The notes beneath the pieces were generated by a model, which ran no database searches, had not been told where the DNA came from, and worked only from the letters and a program-made list of their open reading frames with translations. A stretch of DNA of 62,282 nt, the filler included, from Chiloscyllium plagiosum (taxonomy: Eukaryota), in the NCBI RefSeq assembly GCF_004010195.1. It is 5 parts of one record of this genome, joined end to end, with 100 filler letters (N's around TTAATTAATTAA, not from the genome) between each part and the next. Parts side by side here need not be neighbours in the genome. Positions count along the whole stretch, not along the records: positions 49,956 to 57,424 come from NC_057716.1; positions 57,525 to 62,282 come from NC_057716.1; 3 more parts are not named here. One strand, given 5' to 3'. The stretch's first letter is position 1. Each line of letters starts with the position of its first letter. Shown piece by piece: positions 49,958-62,282 of this stretch. A program made the position numbers and the translations under genes.

Positions 49958-50644
49958 GTTGCCTGTGCTGCCGCGGCTCTCCCGCATCCGGGTAACAACC
50001 AGGCCTCAGGCCTGTGGCCTACGACGGCTACTGCTGCCTCATCCTCTTCTGTCAAGGAGCGGCCACTTGGGGAGAGCCCTGGCAGCGAGTGCCCATCCAA
50101 AAGCACTGGCACTGCCTCCAGCTCCCGCCAGACGTCACTGTCCCGCTCATTGTTGGGGTCAGACGGGGGGCTAAGGCCTCCGCCGCCCGCTCCTCCTCAG
50201 CGGCGCTGCTGCCATCTCTTGTCAGAGGCCAAAAGCGGCCTCCTGTCGCCGCTGAGGAAAGAGACACCCGAGTCACCGTTTGGCAAGCTCCAGGTGTACG
50301 TGGGCCCTAGGAGCCGGAGGCCTTTGGACAAGGAGGGCCCGAGGCAAGCCTCCGGGGTAGGGCAGGTGGCGGGGTGTGAGGAAGAGGAGGAGGAGAATGG
50401 GGAGGGCGGGGGCAGGGAAAATGGCCCTGTCAGACCAACCCTGGGGCCACGGCCCAGCCTAAGGGGCGCCTCATCCCACTCTGACATGGGCCCACCCACC
50501 ACCAGCCCCCCACCCAGCCGTAGGCCCCGCCTCAGGCCTGCTTCCAGGGACATCACCTCGGGCAGGAAGGTGGTGCGGAGGGAGGCCGAGGTAGTCATTG
50601 TCCCCCGGCAAAGCCCCCGCCAGGCCGCCCGCAAGAGAAAGTGA
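49958..50644 (+). CDS. Unidentified GC-rich open reading frame of 228 codons, probably the C-terminal exon of a host gene or a retrocopy; 5' end lost in the gap
   Basis: Stop-free from the gap edge (VACAAAALPHPGNNQ...) through the listed ORF 50150-50644 to ...IVPRQSPRQAARKRK*. It is S/P/R-rich with an acidic run and a basic C-terminus, and much more GC/CpG-rich than the flanks. It is followed by non-repetitive UTR-like sequence and shows no transposon motif I recognise. Confidence 0.55.
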   Translation, partial: VACAAAALPHPGNNQASGLWPTTATAASSSSVKERPLGESPGSECPSKSTGTASSSRQTSLSRSLLGSDGGLRPPPPAPPQRRCCHLLSEAKSGLLSPLRKETPESPFGKLQVYVGPRSRRPLDKEGPRQASGVGQVAGCEEEEEENGEGGGRENGPVRPTLGPRPSLRGASSHSDMGPPTTSPPPSRRPRLRPASRDITSGRKVVRREAEVVIVPRQSPRQAARKRK

Positions 50645-52394
50645 ACCCCTTACCCTACATCGCCCTCCATTTGTGGGGCTGAAGCAGCCTCCTGTCTGTC
50701 TCTGACTGTCCACCATCACCAAGGCCCATTTCTCACCTTCCCTTCCCTTCCACTCTCTTCATTCTGAATTGTTGCGTGTTTTTTTTAAAAGTTCTATTTG
50801 TACGAAGTACTTCAGGGAATTTGCAGCTGAAACACACACAAAAAGAAATTGCAGCCTGTATTTTTATAAAGAGCCCTGGCGTTTTTTTTTAACAGTGTCT
50901 TGTGTTCAAACATTGGAGCACTGAGTGACTTGTTAAGTACAGCACCTCGCACGGTTTTTATTCTTAGCTATTTTGAAACCGGCTAATCAGGCTTGTTATC
51001 ACACGTGTCTGCAGTAAGTGAGACTTGAACCCGGTCCTTCTGGGTAGGGACAATACCGTTGTGCCAACTTTTAATCTTTATGTTTAGGGTGTTTGGGACT
51101 ACTTGGTCCACCTGGTCTAAGCTGCTATGTTTCAATTCTCTTCCTCTAACCTCCTCCTGTTCCCCGCATTCTCTCACGCTCTCGCTCTCTCTCTCTCTTT
51201 CTCTCTCCCTCCCTCTCCCCCTCTCTCTCATTGAGATTCCCCTTCAACTTAAAGTGTGCCATACTCCCAGAGGAAAATGGGTAGCATTCACATACAGAAA
51301 AGGCAACTTGGGCTAAGTTTTTTACCAAAGAGTTTCATCTTACCAAAATGTCCCCATCTCTGAGCCAAGAAGCCCAGAGATCTCTATGACATCTCTGAAC
51401 GTATTGACTTGAAAAAAGCGAATGTTTTATTAACTGGCACCCCACAGGACCAAGAGTGGTTGATCAAATATTCCGGATAATCAAAAGGTTCACGTGAAAA
51501 CACGCGCTAATAGAAACGTGATGCTGGGGCTAAACCCATCACAGTTATACTTTATTTACAGCGCAGATCACTTACATAATAATGCAAGTTCACTTCCAAG
51601 AAAGCCATAAGACCATAAGACATAGGAGCGGAAGTAAGGCCATTCGGCCCATCGAGTCCACTCCGCCATTCAATCATGGCTGATGGGCATTTCAACTACA
51701 CTTACCCCTTCAGCCAGAGAGTGGTGGGCCTGTGGAATTCATTGCCACAGAGTGCAGTGGAGGCTGGGACGCTAAATGTCTTCAAGGCAGAAATTGATAA
51801 ATTCTCGATGTCACAAGGAATTGCTTCTCACTCACCCTCAACTGACGATTCGGACACGACGGTATTTGAGGGGAAATTAACTCGAAATGAATCAACTGTT
51901 GATATTTTGTATGGCTGTTCAATTGAACAAGTATATTTACACTGAGTTACATCAATTTTTTTAAAAAGCTATAATAATTGGATAGAAATAATTCAGTAAT
52001 TTATAGGTATATACGTTTTGCCAGTCTATTGAAAGTGGGGTTCATAAGGTGCTGGTTAAAAGAAAGTTTGTTGTATCCTCACCTTACCTGCCTTTACATT
52101 CTAACCACAATCATCTTAGTTTTTGTTTAAAGAAGGCCTCAAACCCCCTCCAAAGAAAAATTCTCAGTTGGATTTATTAATTGCCACCTTGTAATTCTGG
52201 CCTCTCTTTATGGGCAATCAGGTAAGCAGAAACAGCTTTTCTGAATCAGTGAACTCTGTTAGTCTTGGAGGCCTGAGTCAGGTGCTTTCACTACTTCTCT
52301 CTTCAAGTTGGCAAGTAAGACCCATCAAAGGCCACGTCCAAGATGTCTGCCGAAATCAGCTTGGACGCCCCTGTCCCTGAGGCATTGCTGCCCT

Positions 52395-52480
52395 TGCAAG
52401 AGTCGAGAGCGTGGTGCTGGAGAAGCACAGTAGGTCAGGCAGCATCCGAGGAGCAGGAGAGTCAATGTTTCGGGCATAAA
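52395..52480 (-). mobile_element. Truncated PLE tail module (another fragment at about 52820-52910)
   Basis: gtgctggagaagcacagtaggtcaggcagcatccgaggagcaggagagtcaatgtttcgggcataa. Confidence 0.7.
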
Positions 52481-53959
52481 CTTCTCCTGGCCACTGAATT
52501 AGCATATTACCATCAACAGCGAGATGGGAGATTGTTGTGTTATCCTTGGGCGAGCATGTTGGAGCTCCTTGCGTCAGAGAGCAGTGGGGGCAGAGTTCCT
52601 ATGTGTGCACATATAAGGCTGAAATAAACAGATTCTTTATCAGTAGGGAGAAGGGCAACAAAGTGGATGTGAGGGATGTCAGGTCAGCCGTGATCCTCTT
52701 GAAGAATGGGGCAACTTGGCGGTGCTATTCCTGTTCCTATTTCTTATGATCTGGTAGGAAATGGATAAAGCCATGAAAGCCTCCCCCTCCTGACCACTGT
52801 CCGTAGACTCCTGATGGGAGTCAAAATAAAAACGGAAAGAACTGCGGGTGCTCAAAATCAGAAATGCAATCAGGAATTGCTGGAAAGGCTCAGCAGGTCT
52901 GGCAGATCCTTCCTAATGCAAGTCCCCTGTGTTATAAAATAATCCTAGCATATGGGTCAATGAAAACTGCTGAGTAAACCATTGACTCTGAGGAAAGTGG
53001 CTGGAAACAGGTTTTTTTAATATGTTTCTGTCACTGAGTGCAACCGTTTTCTAAGTCATCTTGGATGGATGTTGGTAAATGTCAATGAACAATGTCGATT
53101 CTCTGCTTGGATTGTGCAGGTATCATGAGTGAAATTTTCTATAAAACAAGGCAGGGATTGCATTGCCAGCATCTGCGAGAGTGACTGTGGCCATGAATAT
53201 TTTCCCACAGGCTCCTCTCGAGCTCCGACTGGAAAACTTGCACTGTGTTATTGTTTATCTATCTGTTGTTGCATTAGAGAATCTACCGTGGAGCTCATTT
53301 CAGATACAGTTGACAGCATTTCATTCTCAGAGCAAGTCCAGAGCTTTCAACTAAGTTTGTCAGCTGCGTTTGAGCCACCGCTCCACCAAATGCTGACTAC
53401 AAGAATATAGGTGAGGTGAATAGCAGGTGTCTTCCCCCTAGGCTGGGGATTTCAACAATAGGGGGCATATCTTTTAAGGTGAGAAGCGAAAGATTTTACA
53501 AAGCCATGAGGGGCAATTTTCTTTTATACAGTGGTTCGTCTGCGGAATGAACTCCCAGAGAAAGTGGTGGATGTGGATAAGAGCATTCAAAAGATATTTG
53601 GATAAGTCCATGAATGAAAATGTTTGGAGGGATATGCGCCAAGTGCATGTAAGTGGGATTAGTTTAGTTTGGGATTATGGTCGGCATGGACTGGTTGGAC
53701 TGAAGAGTCTGTGCTGTATGACTCTACTTGATGCTTAGAGCTGTCCACTGATGACATAGATGTTGATTCCTGCTTGCGACTCCTGCTTGCAACTCCTGCA
53801 AACTGCAAATTCCACACTGCCGCGCGCTAGGTGACAAAAACAGGCTAAGACACTATTCTGTTGCCGGGTCGACATTAGAGGAGCCGCTCAATCTGTGGTA
53901 GAGTTGGCGTCGTAATTCATAGTGGTCTAACCTCCCTTTTGTGAGCTACACAGTCAGCA

Positions 53960-56900
53960 GTTATAGAATCATAGGGATGTATAGCATGGAAACAGACCCT
54001 TTGGTGCAACTCATCTATGTTGACCAGATACCCTAGTCCCATTTGACAGCATTTGGCCAATATCCTTCTTAAACCCTTCCTATTCATGTATCCATCCAGA
54101 TGCCTTTTAAATGTTGTAATTGTACCCACTTCTACCACTTCCTCTGGCAGCTCAATCCACACACGCACCACCCTTAACATGAGAAAGTTTCCCCTTAGAT
54201 CCCTTTTATATCTTTCCCCTCTCACCTTAAACCTATGTCCACTAGTGTTAGACTCACCTAACCCAGGGAAAAGACCATGTCTCTTTACCCTTTCCATGCC
54301 CCTCATGATTTTGTAAACCTCCAAAAGATCACCCCTCAACCGCTGACGCTCCAGGGAAATAGCCTCAGCCTAATCAGTCTCTCCCTATAGCTCAAACCCG
54401 CCAACCCTGGCAACATCCTTGTAAATCATTTCTGAGCTCTTCCAAGTTTCACAACATCGTTTCTGTGGCAGGGAGACCAGAATTGCACACAGTATTCCAA
54501 AAGTGACATCACCAATGTCCTATACAGCTGCAACATGACCTCTTAACTCCTATACCCAATAAAGGAAAGCATACCAAATGCCTTCTTCACTATCCTATCT
54601 ACCTGCGACTCCACTTTCAAGGGAATATGAACCTGCACTCCAAGGTCTCTTTATTCAGTAATGCTCCCCAGAACCTTACCATTACGTGTATAATTCTGCC
54701 CTGATTTGCCTTTCCAAAATGCAGCACCTCACATTTATCAAAATTAAATTCCATCTGCCACCTCTTGGCCCATCTGATCAAGATCCCCTTGTACTCTGAG
54801 GTAACCTCCTTCACTGTCTACTACACCTCCAATTTTGGTGTCACTTGCAAACATACAAACTATCCTACTTGTATTCACATCCAAATTATGTATATAAATG
54901 GCAAAAAGCAGTAGACCCGGTTTTGATCCTTGTGGCACACCATTGGTCACAGGCCTCCAGTCTGAAAAACAACCCTCCACCACCACCCTCTGTCTTCTAC
55001 CTTTGAGCTAGTTCTGTATCTAAATGTCTATTTCTCCCTCGATTCCGTGTGATCTAACCTTGCTAAATTTGCACATGATACAAACATAGGTGGAAGGGCA
55101 GGTGGTATTGAGGAGGTGGGAAGGCTGCAGAAAGATTTATGAGAGTGGGCAGATGAAATACAATGTGGGAAAGTGTGAGGTCATGCACTTTGGTAGGAAG
55201 AATAGAGGAATGGATTATTTTCTAAATGGGGAGGAAATTCAGACATCAGAAGTGCAAAGGGACTTGGGAGCCCTAATCGAGGTTTCCTTTAAGCTAAACG
55301 TGCAGGTTGAGTCAGTAGTTGGGAAGGCAAATACAATGTTGTCATTCATCATGTGAGGACTAGAATATAAAAGCAGGGCTGTACTTCTGAGGGTTAATAA
55401 GGCACTAGTCAGACCACATTTAGATTATTGTGAATAATTTTGGGCCCCATACCTCAGGAAAGATGTATTGATCCTGGTGCAGGTCCAGAGGATGTTCACG
55501 AGAATGATCCCAGGAATAAAAGACGAAACGTATGAGGAACCTTTGAGGACTCTGGGACTATACTCAGAGTTTAGAAGAATGAGGGGTGATGTTATTGAAA
55601 CATACAGAATACTGAATGGCCAGGATAGAGTAGATGGGCAGATGTTTCCAGTGGTAGGAGAGACAGATCCAGCGGCATAGCCTTAGAGTAAAGGGAAGAC
55701 CTAAATGGAGATAAGGAGGAACTTCTTCAGCTAGAGAGTGGTGAATCTATGGAATTCATTGCCACAGTAGGCTGGGGAGGCCAAGATCATTGAGTATATT
55801 TAAGATGAGGTTCTTGAGTATCAAGGGTTATGGGGAGAAAGCGGGAGAATGGGGTTGAGAAACTTATCAGCCATGATTGAATGGCAGAGCAGACTCGATA
55901 GGCTGAATGGCCGAATTTCTGCTCCTGTGTCTAATGGTCTGCTATGAGGAACCTCGTTGAACGTCTTACTGAAGTTCATATAGATCATGTCCACTGCCTT
56001 GCCCTCATCAATCCCTCTTTGTTACTTCTTCAAAAAACTTAATTAAATTATTAAGGTATGATTTCCTACACACATAGCCATATTGACGATCCCTAATCAA
56101 TCCTTGCCTTCCCAAATGCATGTAAATACTGTCCCTCAGGATTCCCTCCAATAACTTGCCCACCATTAATGTCAGGCTCACCAACTTATAGTTCCCGAGC
56201 TTTTCCTTACCCCCTTTCTTATCAAACGCCTTACTAAAATCCATATACACCATATCAATTGCTTTACCCTCATCCACCTGTTTGGTCACCTTCTCAAAGA
56301 ACACAATAAGGTTTGTGAGGCATGACCTACCCTTCACAAAACCATATTGACTATCCCTAATCAACTTATTCCTTTCTGGATGATTACAAATCATATCTCT
56401 TATAACCTTTTCCAAAACTTCACCCACAACTGAAGTAAGGCTCACTGGTCTGTAATTACCAGGGTTGTCTCTACTCCCCTTCTTGAACAAGGGAACAGTG
56501 TTTGCTATCCCCCAATCTTCTGGTACTATTCCTGTAGACAATGATGACCTAAAGATCAAAGCCAAAGGCTTTGCAATCTTCTCCCTGGCTTGCCAGAGAA
56601 TTCTAGGATAAATCCCATTCAGCCCGGGGGACTTAACTATTTTCACACTTTACAGAATTGCTAACATCTCTTTGTGAACCTCAATCCCATCTAGTCTAGT
56701 AGTGTGTATCGCAGCATTCACCTCGACAACATTGTCTTTATCCAGTGTGAATACTTATGAAAAATATTCATTCAGCGCTTCCCTATCTCCTCTGACTCCA
56801 CGGGCCACTTCCCACTACTATCCTTGATTGGCCCTAATCTTACTCTAGTCATTCTTTTATTCCTGATATACCGATAGAAAGCTCTAGGGTTTTCTTGATC

Positions 56901-57424
56901 CCATTCACCAACAACTTCTCATGTCCCCTCCTGGCTGGGCCTTAGATCTCTCTTTAGGTCTTTCCTGGCTAACTTGTAACTCTCAAGCACTCTAACTGAA
57001 CCTTCACATCTCATCCTAACATAAGCCTTCTTCCTCTTGACAAGAGCTTCAACTACTTTAGTAAACCATGGCTCTCTTGCTCGACCACTTCCTCCCTGCC
57101 TGACAGGTACATACTTATCAAGGATACACAGTAACAGTTCCTTGAATAAGCTCCACATTTCAATTGCACTCAATCCCTGCAGTTTCTTTCCCCATCCTAT
57201 GCATCCTAAATCTTGTCTAATCATATCATAATTATCTTTCCCCCAGATCTCACTCACCCTGCAGTATATACCTATCCCTTTCCATTGCCAAAGTAAACAT
57301 GACCAAATTATGGTCACTATCACCAAAATGCTCACCTACCTCCAAATCTAACACTTGGCCTGGTTCATTATCCAGTACCAAAGCAAATGTGACCTCACCC
57401 CTTGTTGGCCTGTTTACATATTGT
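53960..57424. mobile_element. Cluster of nested CR1 LINEs: minus strand 53960-55065, plus strand 55066-55940, minus strand 55945-57424 (two subfamilies)
   Basis: Peptides GVPQGS, RGDLLEVYKIM, YNVGKCEVMHFGRKN, NYRPVSLTS and VYMDFSKAFD. The left minus-strand element resumes after the plus-strand insertion. Confidence 0.88.
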
Positions 57425-57524
57425 NNNNNNNNNNNNNNNNNNNNNNNNNNNNNNNNNNNNNNNNNNNNTTAATTAATTAANNNNNNNNNNNNNNNNNNNN
57501 NNNNNNNNNNNNNNNNNNNNNNNN
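57425..57524. other. Artificial 100-bp contig spacer N44-TTAATTAATTAA-N44
   Basis: Exact composition seen. Confidence 0.97.
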
Positions 57525-59279
57525 GTTGCTTTTTTAGTATTAATATACACAATTCTAGTAAAGTTGTTAAATATTGATAAGCTTCAGCTCATTAACAGAT
57601 ACTCTCACCAATAAACAAGCTTGTGTCAAATCTTGCTCTGATGTTTGGCTTGACTTTCCTCCCTTTCTAACACCAGTGAGCAAACTTATAGAATTTCTGT
57701 GATGTCATTTCTTTTAAAAGAATCCTATGCACTAAAACAAAGCACACACAATGCATTCATAGTTTAATATTACTTTTATATATTTTTCATTCTTCCTATT
57801 ATAAATTGCAGTATGTCCTAGTGGTGTGCCTATTCTGTTGCATATGGGCAATTTGGACACTTCACAAAAGCTTCAGCTCCACAAGCTTGAGCAGCAGCTG
57901 GCGTGACGTCACTGTGATACATCTGCAAATCAGAGTTTGAGGTGGTTACATCACAATGCTGGGGCATGCTGGCAGATAGGGAATAGTTGACCACCAGCAA
58001 GAGATAGTTCAGGAGTCCAAAGTTCTACTTTTTAATCAGTTTTCTGTTCTCTGTTCTACTGAAGGAAAATAAATGAGAAAAACAAAACCTGGGAGTCAGA
58101 AGAACTAGCAGCTAGAGCTATGTTAAAAAGAGCAAGCAGACCCTGAAAAATTGTAATCTGAATTACTTCCAATGCAACTGAAAAGATGGTTAACCCACCC
58201 CTTCCTTTTAAGATCACTCACTATTCTCTATGGAATGTTTGAAGTATGCATATTCAAATAATTATGATGGCTTGCAAGATCCCAACAAGCAGTTTTAGTG
58301 GCTTATAAACTTTTGCCTGTAATTCAGATGAATGCCCATAAATGCTCTTTCCCAAATCTTGCATGCTGGGCACAAAGTATCAGAAGCTTTCCAATAGCTA
58401 TCCATAGAATAACACAGGAAACGGACTAATCAACTCTGTGCGTAGCACTCCTGATTTTATCCAATTTTCCCACATCACTGCAATGTTTAATCCAGGTATG
58501 TATCTAATTCCCTTTGAAAGCTATTACTGCATCTGTATTCACAAATGACAGTGCAATCCAAATTCCAACCAATTGTTGTGTAAACATTTATCCTCATGTC
58601 ACTTCTGGCTCTCATCAAGCAGCTTAAATGCATTTACCAAAGATACTGCCACACAATATCAAAGTTTCTCCTTACTTATGCAATCCCACATAACTGTAAT
58701 CCTTTTTAGCAAATTTCTTCTGAATACTTTAGCAATAAAATAAGAGCATACATAAAGTGGCATGTGCAGAAATGGGCACATACTCCCAATCGGTGCTGAA
58801 CTAGTATTCTGTCTTAGCATACTTTCCTGACTCTTGTCCTCTACCTCAATGAAATGTACAGGATCCTCAGCTTTATAAAAACTTGTTCTGTCAACTACTT
58901 GCAACACTCCAAATTTGGAGCAATTAACTGGTATTTTTCTCTTCATTCTGCCAATCAAATCTCAAATTTTATTTCTGCAAGAATGAGTTTGATCAGCTGT
59001 TCCATATATAAATTTTAAACAAATATTGCATAACGGAGGCAATACATATACGTTAAACAAAGGGAAGCATAAGCCTAAGCATATCCATTGCAGATTTCAT
59101 GAATAGTGCAAAAATGTTTAATAACAAACAAACATCAACACTTACATAGATACAGATGTGTAAAGTGGTCATGCAATTTCTATTTTAAAACTTTGTTCCA
59201 TGATCACTTTCATTCACAAATAAGAACACAAAACCAGGCAATTTAATTCATTTTAATATTAATTGTCAAATTTATGTAC

Positions 59280-60240
59280 AGCTGTGCTTTAGAACCTTGA
59301 TGGGTACAGCATCACACGAATCCTATGCCCTCAGGTACATATTTTTAAAAACATTATGACTGTATCCGCCACTTTCACTGAAAGTTCATTCCACACACAA
59401 ACCACTTGTGTAAAATAATTTCCCCCTTAACGTTTTTTTAAAATCTTTCTTCTCTCATCTTAAAAATATTCACCCTAGTCTTGAAATCCCTTACCCTAGG
59501 GAAAAGACACTTGTCATTCGTCTAATCTATACCCCTTATTATTTTATAAATCTTTATAAAGTCACCTCTAACTCCTACCCTCCAGTGAAAGATTTCCCAG
59601 CCTATCCAGGTGCTTCTTATAACTCAAACACTCCATTCCTGGCAACATTCTGGTAAAATTCTTTTGAACTCTCTCCTTCCTATGACGGAGACCAGAACTG
59701 GACACAGAATTCCAGAAGAGACCTCACTAATGTCTTGTATAACCTCAACATAACGTCCCAACCACAATACTCAAAGGTCTAAGCAATGAAGGCACGCATG
59801 CTAAATGCCACCTTAAGGCACGGTGGCTCAGTGGTTAGCACTTCTGCATCACAGCACCAGGGTCCTGGGTTCGATTCCTGCCTGTCTGTGTGGAGTTTGC
59901 ACATCCTCCCCGTGCCTGCGTAGGTTTCCTCCAGGTACTCCGGTTTCCTCCCACGATCAAAAGATGTGCAGGTTAGGTGAATTGGCCATGCTAAATTGTC
60001 CATACTGTTAGATGCATTAGTCAGGGATAAATGTAGGGGAATTGGTCTGGGTGGGTTACTCTTCAGAGGGTCGGTGTGGACTTGTTGGGCTGAAGGGCCT
60101 GTTTCGATATTGTAGGGAATCTATTCTAATCTTAACCACCCTATGTGATGCAAACTTCAAAGAATTATGTACCTGAACCCCAAGATCTCTCTGTTCATCT
60201 CTATGATTACCAAGGCGCTACCTGTAATTGTCTTAGTCTT
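59280..60240 (-). mobile_element. Decayed CR1 3' part interrupted by an HE1 SINE
   Basis: Complements of the CVQFWSP and RGDFIKIYKII motifs; resumes after the SINE at cttaaccaccct. Confidence 0.75.
59817..60130 (+). mobile_element. HE1-type SINE, full length
   Basis: ggcacggtggctcagtggttagca...gggttcgattcc; short cttaa duplication at the flanks. Confidence 0.88.
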
Positions 60241-60259
60241 GTATAAATTCATGGAATCT

Positions 60260-62282
60260 ATTATGAGGCACATAGTGGCTGAGCTCTTGAACAAAAGTGA
60301 ATTGATGGAGGACAGGAAAAATTTCTGGTTGTAACAGCTGCTCCTTTTTTTGAGGTATTTTAGGTGTTGGAGGTGATTTCCATGAATCCAGGAGCAGCAA
60401 TTGCTGTTTCATATGGTGTTGCATTGTTTGGAACTTTGGAGACAAAAAAAGTCAAAACAACAGCACTTTTAAAAGAGAGAGGAACAGACAAAGGAAGCAC
60501 ATGGTGAGGTCAGTGCAGGAGAGAGAGAGAGAGAAAGAAACAGACACAGAAGGGAACCTGCACAGTTACTGTCTTTGCTGTTTGAATTCATGTATCGTTG
60601 GACATTGGAGTGCATCTGGGAAAATGAACAAACAGTGAAACTCACAACTAATCTTGGAGGAACCTGTCTGGGAGAGGTCACAACACAGAAACAGATAAGT
60701 GAATATTTAAACGTGGCCTAACAGTAAGTCTGCAGTAGTGAGTAGCATGGGTTCTTTCTTGATTATATATTATATTGAGATGTGTCTCTTGATTAAACTT
60801 AAAATATAAGCTATAAGCATTAATTTAACCTAGAGCATTTTGTAGAGGAATAAGACGGTGCTATTTTCTGGGTCTATAGATTGTAAAGGAGCAAAAATGG
60901 CCTTCTTGTCAGATGTGGGAGTTTAGGGAGAGTTTACAGATTATATCTGTAATAAATTATGTTGGTTGCAAAACCTATCCGATCGAATGGATCGTTTGGA
61001 GAGACCGTTAAAGGCATTGAGGAATTTACAACAGCAGTTGTAGACAGTTATAGGAAGGGGGGAAAGTCTCAGATACAGTCACATAGATGGGTTAACTCCA
61101 GGAAAGGTAAGAGAGGTAGACAGTTAGTGCAGGGGTCTTCTGTGGCTATCCCCATTTCAAACAAGTATGTTATTTCGGAAAATGTAGGGAGTGATGGATT
61201 CTCAGGGGAACGTAGCACAAACAGCCAAGTTTCTGGTATGAGACTGGCTCTAATGCAATAAGGGTTACGTTGGGTTCCAAGGGATCAACTGTGTTAGGGG
61301 ATTCTGTAGTCAGAGGCATAGACAGACGTTTCTGTGGCTAGCAGTGAAAAATCAGAGTGGTGTGTTGCCTCCCTGGTGCCAGGATCAAGGATGTCTCAGA
61401 GAGGGTGCAGAATGTTCTCACGGGGGAGAGGGGCCAGCAGGAGGTCATTGTACACATTGGAACCAACAACATTGGAAGGGAAAAGGTTGAGATTCTGAAG
61501 GGAGATTACAGAGAGTTAGGCAGGAATTTAAAAAGGAGGTCCTCGAGAGTAGTAATATCAGGATTATGCCTGGTATTACGAGCTAGTGAGGGCAGGAATA
61601 GGAGGATAGAGCAGATGAATGCATGGCTGAGGTGCTGGTGTATGGGAGAAGGATTCACACTTTTGGATCATTGGAATCTCTTTTGGGTAGAAGTGACATG
61701 TACAAGGAGGACAGATTGTACCTAAATTGGAAGGGGGCTAATATACTGGCAGGGGGATTTGCTAGAGCTGCTTTGGAAGATTTAAACTAGTAAGGTGGGG
61801 GCTGCGACCCAGGGAGATAGTGAGGAAAGAGCTCAATCTGAGACTGGTACAGTTAAGAACAAAAGCGAGTCAAACAATCAGGGCAGGCAGGGATAAAGCA
61901 GAGAACAATGTAGAACTGCTATATTAAACTGCATTTACTTCAATGCAAGGGGCCTAACAGGGAAAGCAGATGAACTCAGGGCGTGGTTCGGAAAATTGGA
62001 CTGGGATATCATAGCAATTATGGAAACATGGCTCAGGGATGGCAGCTTAATGTTCCAGGATACAAATGCTACAGGAAGGATAGAAAGGGAGGCAAGAGAG
62101 GAGGGGGAGTGGCATCCTTGATCAGGGATACCAGTACTTCTGTACTGAGGGAGGATATTCCCAGAAATATATCCAGAGAAGTTATTTGGGTGTAACTGAG
62201 AAATAAGAAAGGGATGATCACCTTATTGGGATTGTATTATAGACCCCCTAATAGTCAGAGGGAAATTGAGAAACAAACTTGT
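60260..62282 (+). mobile_element. CR1 LINE 5' part: 5' UTR, decayed ORF1 (zinc finger plus SGNH esterase) and start of ORF2 APE
   Basis: SCQMWEF...DYICNK; VLGDSVVRG, CCLPGARIKDV and VIVHIGTNNIG (GDS/GxND esterase blocks of CR1 ORF1); LNCIYFNARGL. Confidence 0.9.

Noticed and set aside
56008..56646. 212-aa ORF as an intact reverse transcriptase
   Set aside because: It is a fortuitous in-frame join of two overlapping CR1 fragments, with the same motif block appearing twice.
58030..58150. Possible Lys-rich downstream PARD3B exon after a pyrimidine tract
   Set aside because: In-frame stops, no similarity to PARD3B and no convincing donor site.

Overview
This is eukaryotic genomic DNA, very probably from a shark or other cartilaginous fish, judged from HE1-type tRNA SINEs, abundant CR1 LINEs and Penelope-like elements (PLEs). 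Most of the window is intronic or intergenic sequence made of decayed and nested retroelements. One host exon is confidently recognisable: a 207-nt, phase 1-1 coding exon of PARD3B (27296-27502, +). A second, unidentified GC-rich reading frame of 228 codons (49958-50644) runs out of an assembly gap, ends in RKRK-stop and is followed by UTR-like sequence. A ~3.2-kb minisatellite with a 33-bp unit and higher-order structure lies at about 15905-19130. Four identical artificial spacers (N44-TTAATTAATTAA-N44) split the window into five pieces that may not be truly adjacent. The most interesting signal is a dispersed set of about 10 Penelope tail modules carrying a minimal hammerhead-ribozyme-like core (CUGAnGA-A-stem II-GAAA-CGUC/U). 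Stem II covaries between subfamilies. The modules occur as solo insertions with target-site duplications, as head-to-head inverted pairs, and in deleted or chimeric PLEs. Transposon boundaries are approximate, and family names come from recalled motifs, not database searches.
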